This document shows, piece after piece, positions 43,201-53,917 of a DNA stretch of 64,000 bases (position 1 is its first letter; every line of letters starts with the position of its first letter). The notes under the pieces are model-generated. The model ran no database searches, had not been told where the DNA came from, and saw only the letters and a program-made list of their open reading frames with translations. Origin of the DNA: Chrysomallon squamiferum (taxonomy: Eukaryota > Animalia > Mollusca); the NCBI GenBank assembly GCA_012295275.1, contig CM022672.1, positions 24,986,001-25,050,000 on the forward strand, written 5' to 3'. The position numbers were made by a program, and so were the translations under genes.

Positions 43201-46200
43201 ACAACTATGGACATGGTATGCCACCAATGCCAACATCTACACAACAGTCACAAGGACCACCAATGCATCCAACTCCACTACATTCAACCACATCATCACT
43301 CGGGCCTCCGTCTATGATGTCACTTGGATGTGTTCCACCACCTTCACCACCAGGAATGGGGATGGCCCACACAACAATGGGCAATAAGCACATTTGTGCT
43401 ATATGTGGTGACAGAGCATCGGGAAAACATTATGGTGTTTACAGGTATTTGATGAATTAAAATTCCTGATACAATAATCATTATATTTTGAACTATAACT
43501 AATTTAATAAATAGAAAACACCTTTTTTTAGCATGAGATCACTGGTGTTATCATTTAAAAAAAAAAAAAATGTTGTTTTTAACTTTAAAAAATTGTTTTA
43601 TAAAAAATAAAGTGGTTTGTAAAGCTGAATATTCTTTACATTGGTGGTTACAACATAAAATGTTAAAGAAATAAAAATGATAAAAATTTACTTTTGAATA
43701 AAATAAACATCATAGGTGAATAAAGTGCATTTTTGAATTTTGCAGTTGTGAAGGTTGTAAAGGATTTTTCAAAAGAACCGTTCGCAAAGAACTCACTTAT
43801 GCTTGCCGTGATGACAAAAATTGCATGATAGACAAACGACAACGCAATCGATGCCAGTACTGTCGGTACATGAAGTGTTTAGCCATGGGCATGAAACGGG
43901 AAGGTGAGTGATTGTTTTTCTCGCACTCCTTGCAAAATGAAATAACTGCCAAACTATCAAATCTGTATTCTTGCCAGGCCATTCCCAGAATTGAAATGTC
44001 TCTATTTGTTTTTAATATGGTAAAAAATCAATTTCATAAGTGAATTTCTATTTTTTTTCCCTCTTGTTTAAAGTCATATTTAACTTGTTCATTTTTAATA
44101 TTAAAAAAAATGGCTTTGAACCTTGTTAACTAAAAGCTGAAGTAAATCACACACATTTTGTTGTTAAAAACAAAAATTCTGGGTCTGCGTCAGGTAACTT
44201 GCAGCATCGTGGTTTTATTGTTAAAATATTAGCTTTGCTTGCTCAGCTGCTTTTGCTTTAAAAAAAAAAAGAAAAGAAAAAAAAGATACTCTGCCTTATT
44301 GCCATTTCAAAACTGGGACTAATCTTGGGAGGAAAGGAAGTGCGCGAGAAAGAATCTTATTTGGCTTAATCAGTAACATTTTATAATTTATTTATACAAG
44401 TACTTTTTTAAATTGTCTCTTTTAATAAACTAATTTGGTTTTGTGTTTTGTCGTCCAGAACAGTTTTTAGTTATGTGGACCATTTTAGTATTTTCTTCGA
44501 GTGGTCTTGTTTTGATAACCCAAGCTTAATTTGATGCATTGATTCTGATTTTGATGATATTTATTCAAGGTCAACCTTTGTTATATTGAAATTTATATAA
44601 TTTAGCTCATATTTGTTTTCATTGTTTTATAAATTTGCAGATATTAAAATTGACAGTTTTACATAATGTTTTATTATATCCATGAACATAATTTCATTTG
44701 TAAGCAGACATCGAACATTCAGCTCTATATAAAGTGATAAAACATTTATAACTTTCTAAATTAATTTTTAAGATGACTAAATACAAAATAGAAGGATTAC
44801 AAATGGTATTTGCTGTATTTAAAGAAAAATGTTGAAGGGCATTGAGGCTTTTTATTTTAATTTTATGCTTGTATCACATGGCTGTTTTACATAGTTTTGT
44901 ATTCTCTGCCAGTTTGAATGTGGTCCTGGTTTTGTAAATGCACCTTTTTTCCATTTTTTATTGTTTTTCAAGAAAAAATTGTAATATTCACCAAAATAAG
45001 AGCCCAAGATCTTCAGATGTTTGTTTCTATCATTTAGAATTCTGTAGTTTATTAAATGCATCCCAACCATTTTGTTCTTTCATGATTAGCTGTGGGCGTT
45101 GGTCAAGATTCTAAAACCGACAAAAGCTGGCAAAGCGTAGGAGGATTGTGTAAGTTTATTTGCAAATTGTCAGACTTAAAGGAAAGAAAAAGAGTGAGAA
45201 AGTAAAGAGTAGTAATGTTTTTTTAATTCATTAACTCCGCAATGTCATACTGACCAAACACTGTTGTTTGAGCAGGTATTGGAATTGTGTACATTGGTAT
45301 CTTTCTTTTCAGCACACATAGAGGATATCAGTGTGGATTTTTGTTTTGAAATGTTAAATATAAAAATGTTTTCAGTGTTTCTATTATTTATTATTGGCTT
45401 CTTAACCTTCTGATTACTGGAGACAAGATTGGGTGAAAACAAACTGAAATAGCTACTAGGACAGTTTGAGGTTTAAAATTGTTAGAATGTTAGAATCATT
45501 TTAATAGCTAACAATTTTTGGGGATAAAAATCCTATTGTGTTTCCTGTTATAATTTGTCTGTAAAATACATTGTAGTTGTAAATACTAGTCATAAGTGCA
45601 TGCAACATTTTAATTTTAGTTGAAATAAAATAATAATAATAACAATAAAATTGTAATCTAAGAAAAAGAATTAATAGTAATACCTGTACTGTTTCAAATA
45701 TAAATATTTTTAATTGGATTAATAAATGCGTTCAGTCAGACAGGTAAAGTAAAGTTATAAACATGTATTCCACTTTTGCAGTTTGTCTTTTAATAATCCA
45801 GTAGTCAGAAGGTTAAATTATTTTAAATATGATAATATTGTGATACTTTTTATGTTTCAAAGCCAGAATAAAATCTTTGTATAAATGTTTGTTAATGCAT
45901 GTTTAACATTATATCACAGCCATTAGTGTTGTCCCTTGTTTATTATTAATTAATTTATTTTATCTTTTTTTCAAATCTGACTGATTTTTGTTTTATTTTT
46001 TGTTTATGAAATATGATTTAGGGTCATATACATATATATAAAACAGGTAATTTATTTGATGGTCTAAGTAACTTATCAGTTTATGTATGATAGTTGGCAG
46101 AAAATATAAATGGTGTGTATACTAATCAATACATTCAGAAATGTTTCAGAAATGTTCTCTTTTTCCCTTCCTAATTAGTATTGACATATACATAGGATTG

Positions 46201-48478
46201 TTTCTAGTGATTTTCAAAAACTGCTTTCTTATTGCAGTAATTAGTATGTATGATTATTATTTCATCTGTGTTATTTAATTAGCAATCAAAAAAGTTTGAA
46301 TTCATCACTTACCAAAATTAATGTTTTTCCTTAATTATTTGCAAAGGAAATAAACATTAAAAAGATCTAATACAGCTTTCAGAATGAAGTAGCCTATAAC
46401 ATTAAAATTGCTAGGCCTCACAAGTAAAGGGAGATAATGTTTATTTTAAAACTATCTTTTGACAAAATGTGTAGAAGTAATTTTGTTTTGTATTTAATTT
46501 CTCTTGAATTGTGTTATTTTACATTGTTTGTAAATTTTTAAGTCTATATGATATAATTAATATTACCTTTCGTTGTCACAAATATCTTCTTACGGCTAAA
46601 TATAGAGTCAGTTCTGTTGTTTCTGGATGTCTCATCAGTGTTGAAAAATTGAAATGGCATTATATATTTTCTCAGTGGTTTGTTGGAACCCTGGTGTTTT
46701 GGAATTGGGATGATGTTGATGACGATGTTTACATTTGTTACAGCTGTCCAGGAAGAGCGTCAGCGGGTGAAGGAGAAGGGAGATGGGGAGGTGGAGAGTA
46801 CTAGTGATGCTAACAGTGACATGCCTGTTGAACAGATCCTCGAGGCCGAGTTAGCGGTGGAACCCAAGATAGAAAACTACATAGATACACAAGTAAGTGA
46901 AAAACACACAAAAGTTGTTTTATCTTTTTTACCCTTCCATTTTGAAGCTTTTATTACATTGATCTGTACTTGGAACTTAATTAAATCTTTTAAATTGTCT
47001 ATCAGTTTTTCTTTTTTGTTTCTCGTAATAGCATAGAAAATGAAATGTATTCATTTTTAGAATTAGTTTAATATTTGTCTTGTTTTCACAGAAAGATCCG
47101 GTGACAAATATATGTCAGGCTGCAGACAAGCAGCTGTTTACTTTAGTGGAATGGGCCAAGCGCATCCCTCATTTTACAGAATTACCTCTAGAAGATCAGG
47201 TTATATTACTTCGAGCAGGTACATTATCCACTTAAATAGTTCAGAGAGATTTTTTTTTTTTTGTAAATATGTATGTGTATGTATATATATATATATATAT
47301 ATATAACTAGATATTTATAACAAAAAAAAAAAGTGAAAAGTACTATGATGTTACTAAACTTACTATGTTTTTTAAAAGTTCAGGTATTTTTATTATTAGC
47401 TGTACATTCCTGTTACCTTTTAGAATGAGGTATCAGAGTAGATATTTTAACTTAGTGAATGTTCCATAATTGTACAATGAAAGCCATAAAAATAAGAAAT
47501 ACAAATAATATCTCTGTTACTAAAACTAAATAACTTTTTATGTTAAACTTTTACTTTCAGGTTGGAATGAACTACTGATAGTTGGTTTTTCTCATCGCTC
47601 TATTGCTGTCAAAGATGGCATTCTACTAGCCACAGGTCTCCATGTACATCGCAGCTCCGCCCATCAGGCAGGAGTGGGGACAATATTCGACCGTGTGTTA
47701 ACTGAACTTGTGGCTAAAATGAGAGAAATGAAAATGGATAAAACAGAACTTGGCTGTTTACGGGCCATTGTGCTCTTCAATCCAGGTAAATGGGTTAAAG
47801 GTTAAGACTTTACTATTAATCTGGAAATCAGTTAATTAATGAAGTTAAAATAAAATTATTGTTTTCCTGTATATGTTTTGTTTTTAAGCAAAATGTAATT
47901 GAAACAAATTGTTTGACACCTATATTCCATGTGTTCTTAGAACAGTTTTGTTCTGATTTTCCATTTTTATTTTTATAGTACATTTTGTTTTCAGATCTAA
48001 TAATTTTAAATCTTTAAAGTATTAAATGTCCTGATACATTCTGCAGTTTTAGCCAACAAAATTTCTTTTTTAAATTTTATTTTATTAAATAATCTTTTCA
48101 GTAAAGCATTTAATAATGCTTGATAGGTTGAGTTAATACTTCAGAAAAAAAGTTTCTTTTTTTTTTTTAGTTTTTTCAGTTAGTATTTCATAAAGTTTCC
48201 TATAAATGTGAACAATGATTTCAGATGCGAAAGGTCTCTGTGCTGTTTCTGAAGTTGAACAACTGAGAGAGAAGGTCTATGCCTCTCTTGAGGAGTACTG
48301 CAAAACGAGATACCCTGATGAACCTGGGCGCTTTGCAAAACTTCTACTGAGACTGCCAGCTCTCAGAAGTATCGGACTCAAATGCCTTGAGCATCTGTTC
48401 TTTTTCAAACTTATTGGAGACACACCAATTGACACGTTCCTTCTGGAAATGCTGGAAAATCCCAGTCCACTTACATAA
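40214..48478 (+). CDS. RXR: Retinoid X receptor (NR2B), gene model join(40214..40232,43048..43444,43746..43903,46744..46892,47092..47218,47561..47785,48225..48478), 442 aa
   Basis: Seen: C4 zinc fingers [32 protein letters not shown]-box [24 protein letters not shown] / WAKRIPHF / WNELLI / [22 protein letters not shown]-2 FLLEMLE. All introns GT..AG, phases consistent, 1329 nt including stop. Closely matches gastropod RXR sequences as I recall them. Confidence 0.97.
43048..43444 (+). CDS. RXR: RXR exon 2 (A/B domain and first zinc finger)
   Basis: ttttcag|AC ACC CTT ... TAC AG|gtattt; encodes PDVKPDIS motif and [18 protein letters not shown]. Confidence 0.96.
43746..43903 (+). CDS. RXR: RXR exon 3 (DNA-binding domain)
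   Basis: tgcag|T TGT GAA GGT TGT AAA ... ATG AAA CGG GAA G|gtgagt; [52 protein letters not shown]. Missed by the ORF track. Confidence 0.97.
44137..44193 (+). CDS. RXR: Candidate 57-nt RXR cassette exon (19-aa T-box insertion)
   Basis: ttaactaaaag|CT GAA GTA ... GCG TCA G|gtaact; phase 1-1, open, good donor but weak acceptor. Confidence 0.35.
45090..45149 (+). CDS. RXR: Candidate 60-nt RXR cassette exon (20-aa T-box insertion)
   Basis: tttgttctttcatgattag|CT GTG GGC ... GGA TTG T|gtaagt; symmetric phase 1-1, no stop, GC-richer than the flanking intron. Confidence 0.7.
46744..46892 (+). CDS. RXR: RXR exon 4 (T-box, hinge, LBD helix 1)
   Basis: ttacag|CT GTC CAG GAA GAG ... ACA CAA|gtaagt; [21 protein letters not shown]...[13 protein letters not shown]. 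Confidence 0.97.
47092..47218 (+). CDS. RXR: RXR exon 5 (LBD)
   Basis: cacag|AAA GAT CCG ... CGA GCA G|gtacat; [42 protein letters not shown]. Confidence 0.97.
47561..47785 (+). CDS. RXR: RXR exon 6 (LBD)
   Basis: tttcag|GT TGG AAT GAA ... AAT CCA G|gtaaat; [14 protein letters not shown]...[13 protein letters not shown]. Confidence 0.97.
48225..48478 (+). CDS. RXR: RXR exon 7 (LBD C-terminus, AF-2, stop)
   Basis: tttcag|AT GCG AAA ... ACA TAA; DAKGL...[49 protein letters not shown]. Confidence 0.97.
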
Positions 48479-50700
48479 CCTCAGAGTAATTGCCAGTGCT
48501 CGACTTCCAATTACAGTTCAGTGCTGTAGTCAGGTGTAAAGTGAAGACTTGATTCTGTTACATTTCAACCATTAAATATTAAAACATTCATGTAAACAGA
48601 ATAAAAAAAAAATTACAACAACACATGCAACTCTTTTTACAAAAAAGACTGCAGTGACAGAAGAAAGGCAGTAGTGGACAATACTTATAACAGACTTCTA
48701 GTTTAAGTGGATCTGATAAAAGATATTTCAAATTTGTTTTGTTTTGTTTTGTTTAAAGTCTGAAGCAATTAAAAGTTACTGCTTGCATTTTGGTATTAGA
48801 TATACTCCAGAAGGCTGTTTGTGAAAATTGTTAATTGAAAGTCGAGCAGACATCTTACTGTTTTAATCATTATCAGGACTTGTGGGTGAGGGTGGGAGAT
48901 GGAGAAATAGTTTTAACAGTGAATTGCTGAAACTCTTTAGTAACTGAGAATTTTGTAGTTTTCATTTCTAGTAATAAAAGTTTTTAAATATTAGTTTCGA
49001 TTAAATATATGCACCAGTACAACTGAAAAAATTGGATATTTTATGAACATTGTAAAAGTAGACACATTATCAAATGGACTGGGTAAAATTTTTTTATTTC
49101 TTTCTTTTTTAATATCCTTTTTCTTTTAATTTTCAAAAGAAAACTAATCAGAACAATAACTTCCAATTAGGATGATGATAATTTCTTTTTGCAGTTCTGA
49201 TCTGTAAAAATTAATCATCTCTAATTTCACAATACTTAAAAATTGTTGTACTTAATTCAAAACAGAATGTTTCAGTAAAATGAGATTCACTTATCAGTTT
49301 CTTATTCAGTATCCCAAAATTGTGCAGGGAAGATGTGTTTAGTACATAACCATTGTGTAGATGAGGGCATATCATCAGTTGTTTGTTTCAAGAATCAAAA
49401 TGATTGCATAAGCTCATGATGATAAAGTTAATGTGCTGTTAAAAAGAGAAAATAAAAGGAAATTCTTTCAGATAAGCAGAGCATTGAGCCCAAGTTGTTT
49501 TTAAATTGTTTTAGCTCTCAAACAAAGGTGAAGGAGTTCTTAAACCATTTGTAAAACCATACATTTATTTCATAAATTCACAATTGAGCAAAATGAAAGA
49601 GGCTTTTCATATCTATTTTTATCCATCAGTATGTAATTTGTAGAGAAATCATATCTGTTTCTTGTTCAAAAATAATGAGCCACATCTTGCCAGATATTGA
49701 ATTTTTGTTTCCTTCTAAAGATAATTTTTTACCATAAAATTTTATAAATAAATCCTGAAAATTTATCTAGATTTTAAGTCTTAGACAAAGGCAACTTTTA
49801 TCTGGCACTTTGATTTCTTTTCATTATATTACAGCTTTTACTGTTTTTGAAATATTAAAAATGTTAAGATACGTTCTTTTTTTTTTTGTTATTTTTGTCT
49901 TTAGCACAATGTTAAGATAGATACCTGTGAAACGTTGTGCCTTGCATGCTTGATTCTATCAAAAGTTAGTAATCTTTACAATCACTGTCATAGATGACTA
50001 GATTTAGCTTTTGTTTTGTAAATGGTTTCCTTCTTTATTATATAGTTTTATGTTCCTCCAGTAATCAGATTATTGTTTTGTTGTTATCTGGAGAAAGATT
50101 CTTTGTGTATTTTACTATAGTTGAAATCTATTTAAATTCATTTTGTAAGAATGACTTGAAAAGATTAAACAACCAATAAAATCTTTTTTTTCCTTTTTTT
50201 CTTTAATGTGCGTTTAGAAAACATTTTGACTCTTCCTTGAATTTATCCAGTGTTTTGAAGAAAAATGTCTTAGAAGTCTGAAGAACAGAGATTTCTGAAT
50301 GCTGATTTCACAATTCAAATATTTAGAGAGAATAATTTTTTTTTTTTTTAAAAGAGTTGTACACTCATATAAAAATAAAATTTATTTTAATTTTATAAAC
50401 AGAAAAAGAATAATTACTTTTAAAAGAAAGAAAAATGAAACTTTACACGTACAGATACATTAATAGGATTATAAATTTTCTTTATTTTCTTTCTAGATTA
50501 TTTTTTTTTTAAATGTTATTTGTCCTGAGCATGATCACAAAACTGTTTTGCATCTCAGCATTACAGTATGTAAATAATATCACAGTTTGTACATTTGTGT
50601 ATATTATATAGTTGGCTTTCATCGATTGTATATAGAATGTCATAATAGCTTGTGTACTCACTGCAAAACATAAACATTATTTTGTTATATTTTATTTTAT
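48479..50700 (+). other. Probable long RXR 3' UTR (may extend to ~52300)
   Basis: AT-rich, microsatellite-free sequence after the stop. Several AATAAA, a TGTA-motif cluster at 50569-50634, and ATTAAA plus GT-rich tract at ~52281. The end is not determinable. Confidence 0.4.
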
Positions 50701-51406
50701 TTTATTTTATTTTATTTTTAAATCTCAGATTTTAACTGGTGGTAGGCTGGGTTTGGTTTAATAAGCATTTCCCAGTTTGTTCCTTTTTTTTTAATTTAAT
50801 TTTATTTACTTTATTCTTTTTTTTTAAAGTTTAATATTTGCCACAACGTGGCAAGCAGAATAACCAATGGTTTAAAAGCTTTGGTGGTTCTTTTCAGAGA
50901 TATATTGCCTGCTGTTTATTCAAAATTCTTTATCATTTTTGATTCTGAACAGTATATCTGTTAAAAGAAGAACTAGTGAGAGAAGTTTAAAATAACTCTA
51001 CAAGATGAACGTCCTATATTACAGTAATAGTAATTGTTGCCCTTTTTTATTTTTTTTAAAAATTGGTTTCATTTAGTTTTCTTGAATTTAAGATTTGAAA
51101 AAAAAAAATTATCAATTAATGATAAATTTCGAAGTTGTTTTCTGGTTTTATGCCTGTAGTTGAGTAACATATGAATCTTTTGTGTTCATTTCTTTCTTCA
51201 AATGTAAGAAATATTAAATAAATTTGAGCCAGCCATTTTACTCATTTTTAAAAAGAAAATGGTTTACATATGATAATCATTAAATGATCTATTTATGTTG
51301 GTAAAAATGGCTTCTGAAAGTGGCACCTCGCAGAGGAATCTTGCAGAAATAATTTCATTTCTGTTAAACCATTTAAACTGGGAAAATGGCAGTTATTATT
51401 TTATTT

Positions 51407-51440
<34 letters not shown>

Positions 51441-51761
51441 TTTTGTGGAGATTTGGAATAGAAATTAAAGTGAAATGATTGATTTTAAAATAAAATTGGA
51501 AATTCGCAGAAAATTGTTCAGTGACAGTTTTGCTGCAAACAAAAGATTGTTTTCATTCATGGTTGATGGTATTTGTTTTTCATTTTTCATTTCACACTGG
51601 CTGTTAACACTGCTTTTGCATATTTTTAATTTTTTCTAAAATATTTATTCAAACATTTTAACTATAATTTAATGTTTAAAAAAGTCAGTAAATATTTTAC
51701 TACTGATTCATGAAAATGTTTTTATCTACAACATGTATTATTGTATATAATTATATAAAAA

Positions 51762-51830
51762 TAGTCCAGTCTGTGGTGCTGTGGTTAAACCATCAGTCAT
51801 AAGACAGCTCTGTACCTGGGTCATATCATT
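51762..51830 (+). mobile_element. Possible truncated tRNA-SINE head
   Basis: GTGGTGCTGTGGTTAAACCATC A-box-like segment, degenerate B-box. Confidence 0.25.
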
Positions 51831-51859
51831 AAAAGATGATTTATAACATGTTATATCTA

Positions 51860-51901
<42 letters not shown>

Positions 51902-53917
51902 TATGAATATCAAAATTAACTGGGTTTATTCTTTTAATTGTGTAAAAAAAAAAAATAAAAAAAAATTAATACTCCCATTTCATTGGAAATACTTTGGGCA
52001 ATAATTTGTTTCTTTTTTTTTTTTTTTTTTTTGGCTTGCATGAATTAGATGAATTAGTAATTAAAATATTTATGACTTGATTTGTTTTCTATGTTATTTA
52101 GCTTGCTGTGACATATTTTCAAGCTATAAAATGTGTCTAGTTTCAGCATATAATTAATAGTATCATGAAGTACAGAGTTCTCCATTATACTTTTATGTGT
52201 GTGGGTGGCTTAACTAAAATACTGTTCTGTTAGCATTGTTAGTGTCTACCAACTCATATCAAACAGTCATCATAAAAGAAATTAAACTAAGAAAAAATTA
52301 TTTTATTTTGTGTTTGTTTTATTTGTATTTATTTACAGCTAAACAGAAAGTAAATAACCATGTTACAGCTTGATATTTGCTTCTTTTTACTACAGTTGTA
52401 AAGTAATGTGATATAGGTTTCTTGCCTTTTATCTCTGCGGTCCTAGATAAATAAACTGGTTGATATAAAACCACGTATCATCTTGATAGTTTCTCTGAAG
52501 TAACAGGAACAGAGATCTAAGCATTAATATTAAAATATTAATTCTTTCAGAAGTTGGGATCACTTGAATTACATAATGAAAGTCCTTATAAAATTCAAAA
52601 TGATTCATTGGTTCACTGATTACGTTCTTTTTGTGATGAAGTAAGTAAATGTCTGAAAAAACATGAATAAATTAGCCATATAAAGTTGAAGAAATCTTTG
52701 TTAATTTTTATTATTATTTATTTATTTATTTATTTTTTATATATATTTTCTTAACTGATTTATTTATTTTTTTTATTTATTTATTTTTTTTTCACTAATG
52801 ATCAATGTTTTCTTTGTGCTAGTGTTCTATGTTTTTTACTTACGTTAAGTAATAAAATAAATGATAGATAATGTTTTTATATCCCATTTACTTATTTATT
52901 TATTTATTTTTGTTCTTTCTTTTTATCAAATAACTTTTTTTCCAATAATAAGAGAGGCATATAAAACTAAATTGTTTTATTATTATCACACGTGAATAAA
53001 GCTGAAACCCTGTAAATTTGTTACTTAAAAATGTGATATTTTGGCTGTTAATGAAAATGAGCTCTAGGAACATTTTTTTTTCCAAAGCCACGGTGTGAGT
53101 GTGGGTTAGTACTTATAGCACGCTGAATGGCCATACCAGTTTTTTCTATCCTGTCCTCACTGAACAAAAATCGTACGTTTGACAACTGATAATCATTAAA
53201 ATCAAAATGTTTCAGTGCCCCTAAAATGATTCCTAACAAGATTTTTAACTTTTAAAAATTAACAGATGTCTATAAATAATAATTCCTCTGCTTACGTATT
53301 CTACATGTATGTCTAAAGAATTTTCACTGCGTGTCCGTTTCTTGACAAGAGTTTGGCATTTGTCAACATCTTTAAGTAGCCTTAACCAAACAGTGGTACA
53401 ACTTTCACTTGATGTAATAATTTTAGGATCGATTCTCATTTTCATCCTGTACTCCACAGCTAGTTTAACAAAGGCCTGTGTATTTTTCATTTCCCCCTGT
53501 TTGAGATGGGACAAGTGAATGAATGTCTCCAACCGAAAAGGAGTAACACATAACAGCATTGCCTCTCATCATTTAAATGTTATGAACATAGACATTTTGT
53601 TGTTGTGTGTGTGGTTTTTTTTTGTTTTTTTTAAAAGAAAAAGAATATTTCCAATTGCTTAGATAATGTTTCAGTGGCAGAAAAAGAATAAGCATCCGTA
53701 TACGATAATACGTTCACAGTATATTTATTTAAATGTCATTACATTTGTTGTGTGTGCACCAGTTTGTCTGTAATTGATGGTATTTAATGAAATGTCATGG
53801 TCGAACGAGGCAAATTGATATAATAATACATCCTACAAGGATCAGTTGTATACAATTACACAAATAAAAACAACGTGGAAGTTGCAGATACTAAACAACA
53901 ACAAAAAAAAAGCAGCT

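Noticed and set aside
50838-50854. TTGCCAC-aac-GTGGCAA stem-loop in the 3' UTR
   Set aside because: A 7-bp stem is expected by chance in a window of this size.
53245-53559. 104-aa minus-strand ORF with a donor-like gtaagc
   Set aside because: No recognisable motif, no partner exons, and a weak start; may be a decayed repeat fragment.
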